Of a DNA stretch of 64,000 nt, positions 13,619-26,604 are shown in pieces (the first letter of the stretch is position 1; the number at the start of each line of letters is the position of its first letter). The stretch covers positions 92,878,001 to 92,942,000 of the forward strand of contig NC_086108.1 in NCBI RefSeq assembly GCF_963921235.1, written 5' to 3'. The position numbers and the translations under genes were made by a program. The notes under the pieces are model-generated. The model was not told where the DNA came from, searched no databases, and worked only from the letters and a program-made list of their open reading frames with translations. Source of the stretch: Mobula hypostoma. Taxonomy: Eukaryota.

Positions 13619-13854
13619 AAATCCGCTGCAAACTCCACAGAACCTGGGAAATTTTAGTATATTACAACCAATGCATTCATTACCTTTGTGAGAACTAGTT
13701 CAGACCTTGCGACACCGGTGATCAGGCCTAGGCTTCTGGTTGGCTTTTAGTTTGTCCCAGAGTTTGAACCCATAACCTTCTATTTTAGGGCACAAGTTTC
13801 ACCACTGACATCAAATAATACACAAGGGCAGCAATGCTTATTTTCTTCGAAGGC

Positions 13855-14195
13855 ATCCATCATTAAGGACCCCCATCATCCAGAACATGCCCTCTTCACA
13901 TTGCTACCATCAAGAAATAGGTACACGAGCCTGAAGACACACACTCAACATTTCCGGGACAGCTCGTTCCCCTCCGCCATCAGATTTCTGAATGGTCATT
14001 GAACCCATGAACACTACTTCATTCTTTTTCTTGCTCTCTCTTTTCTCTGCTTTTTGAATTTGATTTTTAAAATATATAATGTACTTCTAATTGTAATTTA
14101 TAATTTTTTATTATTTTGTATTGCAATATACTTCTGCCGCAAAACAGTAAAGTTCATGACATATTGTATGCCAGTGATATTAAACCTGATTCTGA
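13855..14195 (+). mobile_element. Rex1/Babar 3' fragment
   Basis: catcattaaggacccccatcatccag... homologous to 4770-4890; tail ctgattctga. Confidence 0.75.
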
Positions 14196-14214
14196 GGATG
14201 ACGAGCAAAGGAAA

Positions 14215-14515
14215 TCCATAGAACTTTGAACAGTACAGCACTGTACAGGCCCTTCAGTCCACGATGTTGTGCTAACCCTATAACCTACTCAAAGATTAAT
14301 CTAACCCTTCTCTCCCACATAGCCCTCTATTTTTCTATCTTTCACATACCTGCCTAGGAGTTCCTAATGCACCCGTCTCTACCACCACTCCTGGCTGTGC
14401 GGTCCACAGACTCACTACTCTCTGCATAAAGAAACTATCTCTGACATTCCTCTTGCACTTTCCTCCAATCAGCTTAAAATCACAGCCCCTCGTAATAGCC
14501 ACTTCTGTCCTGGGA
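14215..14515 (-). mobile_element. CR1 3' fragment
   Basis: Homologous to 7765-8095. Confidence 0.7.
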
Positions 14516-15013
14516 TGATCAGATCAACTCAACTGATTCTTGCAACGCCATATAGAAACGATGGCCTACAAGTGTGCATCGACATTAATCTCATGAACGC
14601 CCATTTGCAATTTGGTGGGATAATACCCTCAATTCATGTCCTTTTAACACCCTGGTCCATCAGGAATGCTTTTAAAGAGCTGTTTTTGGGTCTGGGCTTG
14701 AAGGTGTTGAAACACACAGGTATGAAGACACGACTAGGTGTATCCGTTGAAGCCCATCTGAAGTGATACCGAAGCTACAACTGCACCCCAAGAGAAGCAA
14801 CTGAAGAAAGCACAGGAGACAATTGCCCTCCCACAATGAGACGTGGCGTATAATTACAGCTCTATAAAGTGCTGCATGACTACGTCAGAAAGGACTAATT
14901 ACTAATGAATACGTTAATGGTTTCAGAGTGCAATTTAAATTTTATAACTTTGACCTGTCTAGCAGGATGTGGTTCACCGAAGAGTAAGTAAACCTGAAGA
15001 GATACCATCTCAC

Positions 15014-15107
15014 CTTGGCGGAACCGGTAATGTTGGACAGAGGTGCGCTGCTTTCAAAGGATCTGTGTAGTCGGAAATGTCTAAATTGTACACGCACAAA
15101 TAGGAAC
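15014..15107 (-). CDS. SLC44A3: SLC44A3 exon (94 bp, phase 1/2)
   Basis: tttAG|GT...AG|GTgaga; (G)SYLCVYNLDISDYTDPLKAAHLCPTLPVPP(S), with the CPxLPV motif. Confidence 0.94.
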
Positions 15108-15191
15108 CTAAAGAGCAAGCAAACAGCCAAATTAACTCACACCTGAGCTCGAAAGTAGGCACCAATGTGCTCGATAAAGATTAAAGATTAG

Positions 15192-15596
15192 GCACGTAAA
15201 CTCTTCCCGGGCTTCCAGCTGGGTTCAAGTGTTACTTTTACCTGATGTTTTGATGCTAAACTCTACTATCTTCATTAGGGATGATGCCTAGGCAGGTCCA
15301 GTCTGGTGGTATATATACTCACCTCCCGTCATCTGTCCCTCCTGATTGGTTAGTCCTTAACCAGTCAGGTTTCCACTGTCCCACTATGCTTAAATATAAT
15401 ACGATTTTAATGGAATATGATTGTAAACAAGGTGGGACTGTGGAAATCTGATCAGTTGAGGACTAATCAATTAGGAGGGACGGACGACAGGAGTTGAGCA
15501 TATAAACCACCGGACTAGACATGCTTAGACATCATCCCTGATGCCCGAGAAGAGTTTATGCATCATATGCACCGGGAAAGCACTAGATCCTTTTTC
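15192..15596. mobile_element. Fold-back Penelope-like element, family B
   Basis: Inverted arms aaactcttcccggg...ccac / gtggg...cccgagaagagttt; 12-bp TSD attaaagattag (15180-15191, 15597-15608); degenerate hammerhead at 15241-15280 (-). Confidence 0.72.
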
Positions 15597-15897
15597 ATTA
15601 AAGATTAGCTTTGTTTGTCATACATTGAAACATACAGTGAAATGCATTGTTTGCATCAATGACCAACATAGTCCGAAGATGTGCTGGGGACAACCCACAT
15701 GCTTCTGGCACTAACATAGCATGCCCACAACTTACTAATCCTAACCTGTACGTCTTTGGACTGTGGGAGGAAACTGGAGCACCTGGAGGAAACCCACACT
15801 GTTACACAGAACGCACAAGCTCCTTATACACAGCGGCTGGGATTGAATCTGGATAGCTGATACCTGGCACTGTAGAGTGTTATGCTAACCGCTGTGC
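15597..15897 (-). mobile_element. V-SINE-like element with LINE-type tail
   Basis: V-domain reverse complement gtacgtctttggactgtgggaggaaactggagcacctggaggaaacccac; related pieces at about 17710-17870, 26170-26415 and 41040-41200. Confidence 0.75.
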
Positions 15898-16030
15898 TAT
15901 GTGTCAGGTTTTACACTCCAAATCAGTGGAGAAATGCTCATTCCCTCATCCTGTGTTGTTGGTGTTCTCTGCCATGAATAACTTCTATTCAGTATAGTTT
16001 TGCACATTGGCAGTGGTGTTGGCTTATTTT

Positions 16031-16445
16031 GGGTGGCTGGGTGGAGATATGTCTCTACCAAAGGAGGTGTAAGGTGGTCCTTCCCTCTGTTAGTCTGCAG
16101 GTTACCCTTAGCCAAGGTGTAGCACCTGCATATCCCCCTCCACACTCCCTAACACCACCACCACCCCCTCCCACCATCAGGATCATATGAAACCATGGGA
16201 GCAGGTGGTGGATGGTCGTATGAACAGTTGGTGCACATCACGAGTCCTAGTTATGCGACAACTGACGCCAGGCAGACAATCTCTGAAGAGTATTGATAAT
16301 GGCTGAGGTCACCTGTCTTGGAAAGACACTGCCCAGAAGAAGGCGATGGCAAACCACTTCTGTCAAAATATTTGCCAAGAATAATCATGGTCATGGAAAG
16401 ACCACGCTTGTCTATGTCATACGACACGACACATAACAAACAAAT
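16031..16445 (+). mobile_element. Non-autonomous RTE/BovB-related short element (family Y)
   Basis: gaaggcgatggcaaaccact (Bov-A/BovB-like motif); collinear with 27504-27888. Confidence 0.7.
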
Positions 16446-17029
16446 GATTGGTTTATTATTCTCACCATACAGAGATATAAAGCAGAGTTTTTACATGCCA
16501 CCCAGGTAGATCATGCCATTGTATATGTATATCGAGGTAGTAAAAAGAAAGCAGCATGCAGAATACAGTGTAGCAGATACAAACAAAGAGCCGTTCAGGT
16601 AGACAAAGTACAAGGGCCACGATGAGGTAGATCGAGAAATCAAAACTCATCTTTAGCATTACAGAGCAGATTAAAGATCTAAAGATTAGCTTTACTTGTT
16701 GTGGAATCACCAGCCTGGGATGCACTGGTGGGGATGGCTGCAGCAGAGTTACTGAGAGAGAATGGCCTGTCTCCACACTGAGGGCATCTTTTATCAGAGT
16801 CAGAATCAGGTTTATTTTCACTGACATACTGTACATCCTGAAATTCAATATTTTCTGGCAGCAGTACAGTGCAACATATAGCATAGACTACAAATTACAA
16901 TAAGAAGTGCATATATTTCTATAAATACATATATAGGAGAGAGAGGGTCTCTCTCCCCTACCACCCACCTGACCAACCAGGACATATACCAGAAGCACTG
17001 TGTTTGTAGAGCACTCTGCGTTGTCAAGG

Positions 17030-17595
17030 ACTCTTACACCATGCAGTTTTGGTCCCCTAATCTGAGGAAAGACATCCTTGCCATAGAGGGAGTACAAAGA
17101 AGGTTCACCAGATTGATTCCTGGGATGGCAGGACTTTCATATGATGAAAGACTGGATGAACTAGGCTTATACTCGTTGGAATTTAGAAGATTGAGGGGGG
17201 ATCTGATTGAAACGTATAAAATCCTAAAGGGATTGGACAGGCTAGATGCAGGAAGATTGTTCCCGATATTGGGGAAGTCCAGAATGAGGGGTCACTATTT
17301 GAGGATAAAGGGGAAGCCTTTTAGGACCGAGATTAGGAAAAACTTCTTCACACAGAGAGTTGTGAATCTGTGGAATTCTCTGCCACAGGAAACAGTTGAG
17401 GCCAGTTCATTGGCTATGTTTAAGAGGGAGTTAGATATGGCCCTTGTGGCTAAAGGGATCAGGGGGTATGGAGGGAAGGCTGGTGCAGGGTTCTGAGTTG
17501 GATGATCAGCCATGATCATAATAAATGACGGTGCAGGCTCAAAGGGCCGAATGGCCTACTCCTGCACCTATTTTTTATGTTTCTATGTTTCTATG
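17030..17595 (+). mobile_element. CR1 3' end (young)
   Basis: Open ORF 17041-17496 QFWSP...LYSLEFRRLRGDLIETYK...FFTQRVVNLWNSLP; (tttctatg)n tail. Confidence 0.92.
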
Positions 17596-18314
17596 AAAAC
17601 CACAAGCTAGAAGAAAATCTGTTTTCCCTTCCATGATTATCAAAGGAAACAGCCACAGTACCTAAGAAAGATGCCAGAATGCAATGAAGCTACAGCAGAT
17701 TAGCCATCAAAATAATGATTCAGACTTATTTATTTATCACATGTACATCAAAACATACAGTGTATCATCTTCATTAAGAACCACCACAGCCCAAGGATCT
17801 GCTGGGGGCAGCCTGCAAATGTCACCACATATTCCTGTGCTAACACAGCATGCCCACGACGCTCAGCAACATCAAAACATGTGCCTTTTCTCCCTGCCAT
17901 CCACCCACCCACTCACACACAGAGACAGGCCCCCATCCCCAGCACAGTCCACCTCCTGGCATCCAACTTCCAATCCCTGGTCTGAACTCGCAGACACTGG
18001 GCCTCTGTCTCCAAGGCACACCCATCCAGAGACCTCAACCATTCGACTTCGACTGCCGGATTCACTGGTTTTGGGCTTTGACCTTCAGTATCGACCCCAG
18101 GACTCTGAACTCCAAACACCTCCTTGTCACTATCTGAAATTATGCCAACAATAGTTGTGTCACTGGCAAATTTATAGATGGTGTTTGAGCTGTGCCTAGC
18201 CACACAGTCGTGGGTGTAGAGAGAGTAGAGCAGTGGGCTAAGCACACATCCTTGAAGTGTGCCAGTTTTGATTGTCAGCGAGGTGGAAATGTTATTTCTG
18301 ATCCGCACCCACTG

Positions 18315-21300
18315 ATCAGATTTATGGATCGTTGGTATCTTTTCTGGGGAAGGTACGACCTGTACAAAAACGATGGGTTACACCTAAACCCAAACCCAAG
18401 GTGGGGGGGGGGGGACCAATATCCTTGCGGGTAGATTTGCTAGAGGTGTTCGGGATAGTTTATACTAATTTGGCAGGGGGATGGGAACTGGAGTGATAGT
18501 ACTGAGAATGAGGTACTGTAGTTGGGTTACAAACAGAGGCAGTGTGTAGTGAGACTGCTAGCAAGGAGAGCTGGTGATAGGGTATATTGCAATCAACAGG
18601 ATGAGTTGCAATGTAAAAGGTGGACAAAATCAAAAAGGGTGAATACAGGACTGAAGGTGTTACATTTGAATGCATGCAGTATACGGAATTAGGTAGATGA
18701 CCTTGTAGCATAGTTGCAGATTGGCATGTACGACATTGTGGGCATTACTGCATCTTGGCTGAAAGATTATAGCTGGGCGCTTAATGTCCAAGGACACACA
18801 TTGTATTGAAAAGACAGGCTGGTACGCAGAGGGGTGGCGTGGTGCTGTTGGTAAAAAACGAAATCAAATCATTAGAACAAGGTGGCATAGGATCAGAAGG
18901 TGTTGAATCGTTGTGGGTAAAGCGAAGAAACTGCAAGGGTAAAAGAGACTGATGAAAGGTATATACAGACCCCCAAACAATAGTAAAGATATGGTCTACA
19001 AATTACAATAGGAGATAGAAAATGGATGTCAAAAGGGCAATATTATGATAGTCATGGGGGAAAATTCAGTATACAGGTAGCTTGGAAAACTAGGTTGGTG
19101 CTGGATCAAGAGGGGGAATTTCTGGAATTCCTACGAGATGGGCTTTTTAGAACAGCTTGTGGTTGAGCCCACTATGGGATTAGCTGTTCTGGACTGGGTG
19201 TTGTACAATGGACCAGAATGGATTAGAGAGCTTAAGGCAAAGGAACTCACCATGCAATTTGAGGAGGAGAAGCTAAAGCCAGATGTATCAGTATTACAGT
19301 GGAGAAAAGGGAATTACAGAGGCATGAGAGAGGAGCTGGTCAGAATTGATTGGAAAAGAATCAAGATGGCAAGGATGACAGCACAGCAGCAATGGCTGGA
19401 AATTCTGGAAGCAATTCAGAAGGCACAGGATATATACAGTACATCCCAAAGAGGAAGGAGAGGGACAAGGAAATGGTGGATGAACTGAATGAGTATTTTA
19501 CATCAGTTTTCATTGTGGAAGACACTAGCAGTATGCTGGAAGCTTGAGAGTGTCGGGGCAGAAGTGAGTGAAGTTGCCATTATTAGGGAGAAGGTTCTCG
19601 GGAAATTGAAAGGTCTGAAAATAGATAAGTCACCTGGACCAGATGTTGTACGCCTCAGGGTTCTGAAAGAGGTGGCTGAAGAGATTGTGGATGCATTAGT
19701 AATAATCTTTCAAGAATCAATTGACACTGCCATGGTTCCGGAGGAGTGGAAAATTGCAAAGTCTCTCCACTCTTCAAGAAGGGAGAGAGGCAGAAGAAAG
19801 GAAATTATAGTCTAGTTAGTCTGACCTCAGTGGTTGGGAAGATGTTGGAGTTGATTGTTAAGGATGTGGTTTTGGGATACCTGGAGGCACGTGATAAAAT
19901 AGGCCGTAGTCAGCATGGTTTCCTTAGGGGAAAATCTTGCCTGACATATCTGTTGGATCTCTTTGAAGAAATAACAAACAGGACTGACAAAGGAGAGTCG
20001 GTGGTTGTTGTGAACTTGGATCTTCAGAAGGCCCCTGACAAGGTGCCATGCATGAGGCTGCTTAATAAGTTAAGAGCCATGGTATTACAGGAAAGATATT
20101 AGCATAGATAGATCATTGGCTGATTAGTAGGAGGGAAAGAGCAGGAATAAAGGGACACACATCAAAATTGCTGGTGAACGCAGCAGGCCAGGCAGCATCT
20201 CTAGGAAGAGGTACAGTCGACGTATTAGGCCGAGACCCTTCGTCAGGACTAACTGAAGGAAGAGCTACGTCGACTGTACCTCTTCCTAGAGATGCTGCCT
20301 GGCCTGCTGCGTTCACCAGCAACTTTAATGTGTGTTGCTTGAATTTCCAGCATCTGCAGAATTCCTCGTGTTTGCGAGGAATAAAGGGAGTCTTTTCTGA
20401 CTGGCTGCTGGTGACTAGTGGTGTTCCACAGGGGTCTGTGTTCCGACCGCTTCTTTTTACGTTCTATATTAATGATTTGGATGACAGAATTGATGACTTT
20501 GTGGCCAAGTTTGTGGATGGTACAAAGATAGATGGAGCGGTAGGTAGCTTTGAGGAAATAGAGAGACTACAGAAAGACTTGGACACTTTTCTAAATGCAG
20601 AGAAAATTCAAAAATCTTCGGTGCAAAGGAACTTGAGAGACCTCGCGCAGGATTCTTTAAAGGTTAATTTTCAGGTTGAGTTTGTGGTGAGGAAGGCAAA
20701 TGCCATGTTAGCATTCATTTCAAGAGAACTAGAATATAAAAGCAAGGATGTAATGTTGAGGCTTTAGGAAGCACTGCTGAGGCCTCAGAGTATTGTGATA
20801 TGTTAACACTAAGGAATTAAAAGCCACTGGTCATCTCCGTCTGTTTCCCAAATGTGGACTGAGAGTAGAAGTACAACCAGGTGAGTGGACTTTCCAAAGT
20901 GTTGTCGTGGGATGGCATGATAAGCATTCTTGATGGTGGTATAACAGTGGTCAAGTCTGTTGGCTCCTTTGGTTCCAGGTGACATGTTGGTGGCAGTTGT
21001 TCAGAGACTTTTTCAAGCTGGCCTGGTTAAAATTTCCGACAATGATAGGGAAAGCATCAGGTTGTGCAGTTTTGTGCCTGCTGATTACATTGCTCAGCTC
21101 CTCCAGTGTCTCTCTGATGTAGGCCTGAGGTGGAACACAGGCGAGGATAAATTTTTTTAGTCAGAGTGTAGTGAATCTGTGGATTGCTTTGTCACAGACT
21201 GTGATGGAGGCCAATTTCGTGAGTATATTTAAGACGGAAGTTTATCATTTCCTGATCGGTCAGGGCATCAAAAGATATGGCGAGAAGGCAGGTGTATGGG

Positions 21301-21392
21301 GTTGAGTGGGATCCAAAATCAACCACAATGGAATGGCGGACCAGAGTCGATGAGCTGAATGGCGAATTCTGTTCCTATGTCTTATGGTCTTG
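18315..21392 (+). mobile_element. CR1 LINE (end of ORF1, APE endonuclease and RT), decayed
   Basis: [35 protein letters not shown] motifs; interrupted at 20156-20376 and about 20795-21130. Confidence 0.9.
20156..20376. mobile_element. Short fold-back Penelope family A insertion
   Basis: Near-perfect inverted arms; 13-bp TSD aggaataaaggga (20143-20155, 20377-20389); hammerhead remnant 20214-20251 (-) with CUGACGA and GUC intact and GAAA changed to AAUA. Confidence 0.85.
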
Positions 21393-21464
21393 TGGAATGT
21401 ATACTGCTACTAGGATGATGGGTGGAAAACTCTCTCAGCAGATAAAAGGGACGACATTTGACCA

Positions 21465-22050
21465 CTAGGATGTTCCAGGTTGGGTGAGTAGAACTGAGAC
21501 AGAATCGCCAACATTTGTGCACCATGATGAGTTAATCATAATGCATATTCCACCTTTTCTGCTTTTAAAAGACTGAACCATCTTTGTGGAGAATCGTGAA
21601 GCCATTGAGCCGCTGTGCTGAATCCAAGATGGCGGGGGATAGCCATGTTTCCATGAAGCAAAGTACACAGCAGTCCCTGATGTCTCTCTGGTTCAGCAAT
21701 CTTGCTCAGAGGTCTTCAACTTCATTTTCCAGAAACTGTAATTCACCAGCAGGGTAGTCAGGAGAGAAAGTCTAAAGGCTCTGCATCTCAATTGTACCTT
21801 TCCAACAGTGCAGCAACGATGCAATGTTCTTTCCTTAAAGGGGACCTGCACTTGCGACCCAAGTCTGCTGTCCAAGATTCATTGATTTTCCCTATTGATA
21901 GATTTTTTTAATCGTTTTAAAACAATACTGCTTACTGAAGTACCCACGGCGCTGACTGTGGATTTCAGCCGTAGTCGTCCTAACAGGAATGTTTGATGAT
22001 GCGTGGAAAGAGTCACCATTTAATGGCACCATCGTACATGGAAGTAACAT
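21465..22050 (-). mobile_element. Rex1/Babar-like 5'/endonuclease fragment
   Basis: ORF 21465-21668 RKGGICIMINSSWC is APE-like. Confidence 0.6.
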
Positions 22051-22400
22051 CTTACCTCCAAGTGTGGTCTAACCAGTGTTTTACGCGACTTCACGATGGG
22101 CAATAAATGGTTATGCCGGTGATACCCAGAGGAGATGAGTGAGTTTTAAAGCTATTGTGAATTTGTCAGACTTCACTCAGAGAAGGGTGCCAACACAGTG
22201 CAATTTTGAACAGCTGAGAAGCACAGATACATCTAAAGAAAATATAAACAGGTTCACAAATAAAATAAGCTCAAAGCTTATGTTGAAAGCAGATTATTTG
22301 GCTGCTGCGGATCACAGACACTGCTCAGTATCAGCCAGTTAAACACAGTGCCCTCTCCCTGTGTGATAAATCTGATATATTGCTGGGTAAACATGCATAC

Positions 22401-22537
22401 CATTATACTGAGCAAAAAGTTTTATCTCTTCCAGATCATTCAGTTGCTCCTGAGGACAGCTGGATACACAAATCGACATTGAATTTATTTTATGGTCCAT
22501 GAAGTCCACGTTGCAGGTGTTCAGGAAGAAGACGTAT
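22401..22537 (-). CDS. SLC44A3: SLC44A3 exon (137 bp, phase 2/1)
   Basis: aatAG|A...G|GTatgc; YVFFLNTCNVDFMDHKINSMSICVSSCPQEQLNDLEEIKLFAQYN(G), with the CVxxCP motif. Confidence 0.94.
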
Positions 22538-22761
22538 CTATTTGAAAATAAAACACCACATTAATGTGCGAAAAATAAAAAGTGCAGTCCGGATCCAGAT
22601 GAACTGGTCAGTGAGTGAGATTGTTAGTACAGCATTCGGTTAAAGTTCGAAGCAAATTTATTATCAAAGTACGTATATGTTACTGCATAACACCTTGAAA
22701 TCCATTCTCTTATGGGCATTTACCAAGAAACAGAAATGCAATAGAATTTTATGAAAGACTA

Positions 22762-23084
22762 GTGTGGGTATGTGGCCAAGTGGTTAAGGCATTGGACTAG
22801 CGACCTGAAGGTCGTGAGTTCGAGCCCTAGACGAGGCAACGTGTTGAGTCCTTAAGCAAGGCACTTAACCACACAGTGCTCTGCGACGACACCGGTGCCA
22901 AGCTGTATTGGCCCTTGCCCTTCCCTTGGACAACATTGGTGTCGCAGAGAGGGGAGACTTGCAGAATGGGCAACTGCCTGTCTTCCATACAACCTTGCCC
23001 AGGCCTGCGCCCTGGAGAGTGAAGACTTTCCAGGTGCAGATCCATGGTCTCTCAAGACTAACGGATGCATTATTATTATTATTA
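22762..23084 (+). mobile_element. tRNA-derived SINE (family S) with CORE-like block
   Basis: A box TGGCCAAGTGG, B box GTTCGAGCC, gtccttaagcaaggcacttaac, (tta)n tail; three copies in the window. Confidence 0.88.
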
Positions 23085-23089
23085 GACCT

Positions 23090-24150
23090 AAACAAAGACT
23101 GACAACGAATATGCTAAAGAAGACAAAACTGTACAAATAAAATCAATACTGAGAAGATGAGTTGTAAAAAGTCCTTGAAAATGAGTTTGTAGATCATAGA
23201 ATCAGTTCACAGCAATGGTGAATGAAATTATTCACAGTGGTTCAGGAGCTTGATGGATGTAAGGTAATATTGTTCCTGGCAGTGTGGGACCTACCTCCTT
23301 CCCATTGGCAGCATCAAGAAGAGGGCATGGCCCGGAAGGTGGGGATCTTTGATGATGCATGCTGCTTTCTTGTGGCAATGCTCTATCTCAACGTACACAC
23401 TGGTGGGGAGAGCTTCGCCTGTGATGGACTGGTCTGTACCCACCACTTTCTATAGCCTCCTCTGTTCCTGGGCGTTAGTGTTTCCATACCAGATCATGAT
23501 GCAACCAGTTAGGATACTCTCTATTGGAGTTTGTCAAAATTCTTGGTGACATGCCAAATCTACACAACTTCTAAGAAAGTCGGGGTACTGTTGTATTGAC
23601 ACTTATGGATCCTTTGATATGTTAACACTAAGAAATTTAAAGCTGTTGACCGTCTCCACCTCTGTTCCCCTAATGTGTACTGGCTCATGGACCTCCATCT
23701 TCTTCCTCCTGTAGTCGATAGTCAGCTTTTTGGTTTGTTGGCTCCATTCATCTAGATTTTCAATCTCCCTCCTAAATGCTGATTAGTCACCACCTTTGAT
23801 TTGGCCAACAACAGTGATGTCACAAAATGCTGGAAGAACTCAGCAGGTCAGGCAGCACCTATGGAAATGAACAAATAGAATAAACGGTCAATGTTTGTTC
23901 ATTTCCAGGGATGTTGCCTGACCTGTTGAGCTCCTCCAGCATTTTGTGTATGTTGCTTTGAAGTTCCAGTATTTGTATTTGCAGAATTTCTTGTGTTAGC
24001 GTTGTAATTAGCAAACTTAATTACCATGCTGGAGCTGTACTGAACCACACAATTGTAAGGATAAATGAGAGGAACAGGAGACTAAGCACACGGCCCTGTG
24101 GTGTAACTGTGCTGATGGTGAGTGTGAAGGAGATGCTGCTGCTAATCCGT
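23090..24150 (-). mobile_element. Rex1/Babar RT 3' fragment with fold-back Penelope insertion (about 23821-23998)
   Basis: Reverse-complement homology to 4150-4800. Confidence 0.7.
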
Positions 24151-26155
24151 AATAATCCATGTAATTTCCCTTAGCAGGCTGTAATGACTGCAGTTTACAT
24201 ACCGCCAAAGGCAGATGTTAAGCAAGCACTTGATGTATAGAGGGCAATAAAGAAAGAGCCTACCCTGATGCCTTTCAAATCATTATCAGGACTTCAATCG
24301 GGCTTCTTTGAAGAAATCTGTGCCTCACTATCATGAACACATCACCTGCAGCACCAGGGGTCCCAACACACTTGACCACTGCTACACTACCATAAGGAAT
24401 TCCTACCATCTCATGTCTAGACCGCATTTTGGCAGTCAATCATCTGGTTGTCCTCCTCCTCCCTGCATACAGACAGAGGCTAAAGAGCAAAGCTCCAGAG
24501 GTAAGGACAACAAAGGGGTGATCACGGGAGGCAGAGGAGCAGCTAGAGACTGCTTAGGAGTCAGTGGACTGGGCCATGTTCAAGGACTCATATGAGGGTT
24601 GGAATAATATGCCATAGACTTTATAAAGCCAGTCATGGATGAGTTTTCCCCATCCGAAAGACCTTGATGAACGAAGAGATGTGCAATTTGCTGAGGGCCA
24701 GATCAGTGGCATTCAGGTCTGGCGACCAAGTAGGTCCAGGTATGACTTTTGGAAAGCCATCTTACTTGCAAAGTGGCAATTGTAGACCAAACTTGAATCA
24801 CAGAGGGATTCTTGACGGGGTTGGCAGGGGTGGAATGCTATCTCTTCCTACAAAATAAAATGAGCAAAATATGTGATGACAAATTTCATTCACAGATGAG
24901 CTCAATGCCTTTTATGATAGGTTTGACTGACAATGGGGGCACCTTCATGAATTCCATGACTTGGTCTCTGAGGCTGACGTGACAGGAGGGTGAATCCATG
25001 GAAAGACTAGGCAGGGAACGTGGCTGAGAACTGAAGATTTGTGCTGATCGACTGGTAGGAGTGTTCACCGATACCGTTAACCTCTTGCTTCAGTAGTCTG
25101 AGGTACCCACCTGATTCAAGTAGGTTTCAATTATACTGGTGCCCAATTATTAAGTGGTAACCTGCCCTTATGACCATCATCCAGTTGAACTTTCATCTAC
25201 TGCAATGAAGTTCTTTGAGAGGTTGGTGATGAAACATATCATCTCCTGCCCGAGGAGTGACTTAAATCCATTTCAATTTGCCTAATGTCACAACAGGTCA
25301 ACAGCAGATGCTATTTCATTGGCTTTTCACTCAACCCTGGAACATCTGGACAGTAAAGACGCTTACATCAGGAAGCTCTTCATTGACTACAGCTCTGCAT
25401 TCTACACAATCACTCCCTCAAAACTAATCAATAAACTTCAAGAACCAACATCAATACCTCCTTGTGCAACTTGACTCTCGATTTCCATACATGCAGACTC
25501 CAATCATTTTTGATTGGCAACAACATCTCCTCCACAATTACCATCAGCACAGGGGCAACACAAGGCTGTGTGCTTAGACCTCTGCTCTGCTCGCTTTATG
25601 CTTATGACTGTGAGGCTAAAGTTAGCTCTAATGATCATATTTAGGTTTTCTGGAGACACCACTGTTGTTGGCCAAAAAAGTTGTGACAATTCATCATATA
25701 GGAGGGAGATTGAAAATCTGGCTGAAATGGTGCCACAACAACAATTTCTCACTCAACATCAGCAAAACCAAAGAGTTAATTATTGACTACAGGAGGAAAC
25801 CGGGGGTCCATGAGGCAGTCCTCATTAGGGGATCAGAAGTGAACAGGGTCAGCAACTTTAATTCCCTCGGCATTATCATTTCAGAAAATCCGCCCTAGGT
25901 CCAGCAAGTAAATGCCATTACAAAGAAGGCACGACAGTTCCTCTACATTCTGAGAAGTTTGTGAAGCTTCGGCATGTCATCTGAAACTTTAACAAACTTC
26001 TATAGATGTGTGGTGGACAGTATATTATCTGGTTGCACCATGGCCCGGTATGGATACACCAATGCCTTTGATTGGAAAAGCCTGCAAAAAGTAATAGATA
26101 CAGCCCAGCCCATTATAGGCAAAGCCTTCCCCAGCATTGAGCAAGCACTGTCATA
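24150..26155 (+). mobile_element. Rex1/Babar LINE fragment (EN end to RT)
   Basis: [40 protein letters not shown]. Confidence 0.85.
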
Positions 26156-26604
26156 GCACTAAGCTAATTGCATTTATTCTTCCACCCATCAACTCCCTCC
26201 AGACAACTCTATCATTCACGGGCAGATTAGCTATAATTTACAGTGGCTCGGTAACCCACTAACCTGCGTGCCTTCACGACATGGGAGGAAATTGTCGGGC
26301 CTTGGAGAAACCCATGTGGTCACAGGCTGAATGTGCAAATAAAACACAGGCAGCCCAGGTACCAAGGCCACTGAGCCATAAGGCAGCAGCATTACCAGCT
26401 GCACCACCAGGGTGCCTTTAATTGTTAGCCCCATGAAAAAACATGAACGCATAATACATACAGACATTTCATGGAATTACAGAGAAAATGCTGCACTACT
26501 AGCACTGTAAAGTTTGGGGCAGTTGATTTAAAATTTTGCTTTTGCAAGACCGTTAAACAGTTTCCAAAGAATAACTTTTCAAGAATAACCTTCTAAGTTC
26601 ACTG

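Noticed and set aside
20113..20340. Identical N-termini of ORFs on opposite strands (MLVNAAGQAASLGRGTVDV)
   Set aside because: An artefact of the palindromic Penelope insertion.
22762..22835. tRNA gene
   Set aside because: The A/B boxes continue into a repeated SINE body with tail and TSDs in other copies; this is a SINE head.
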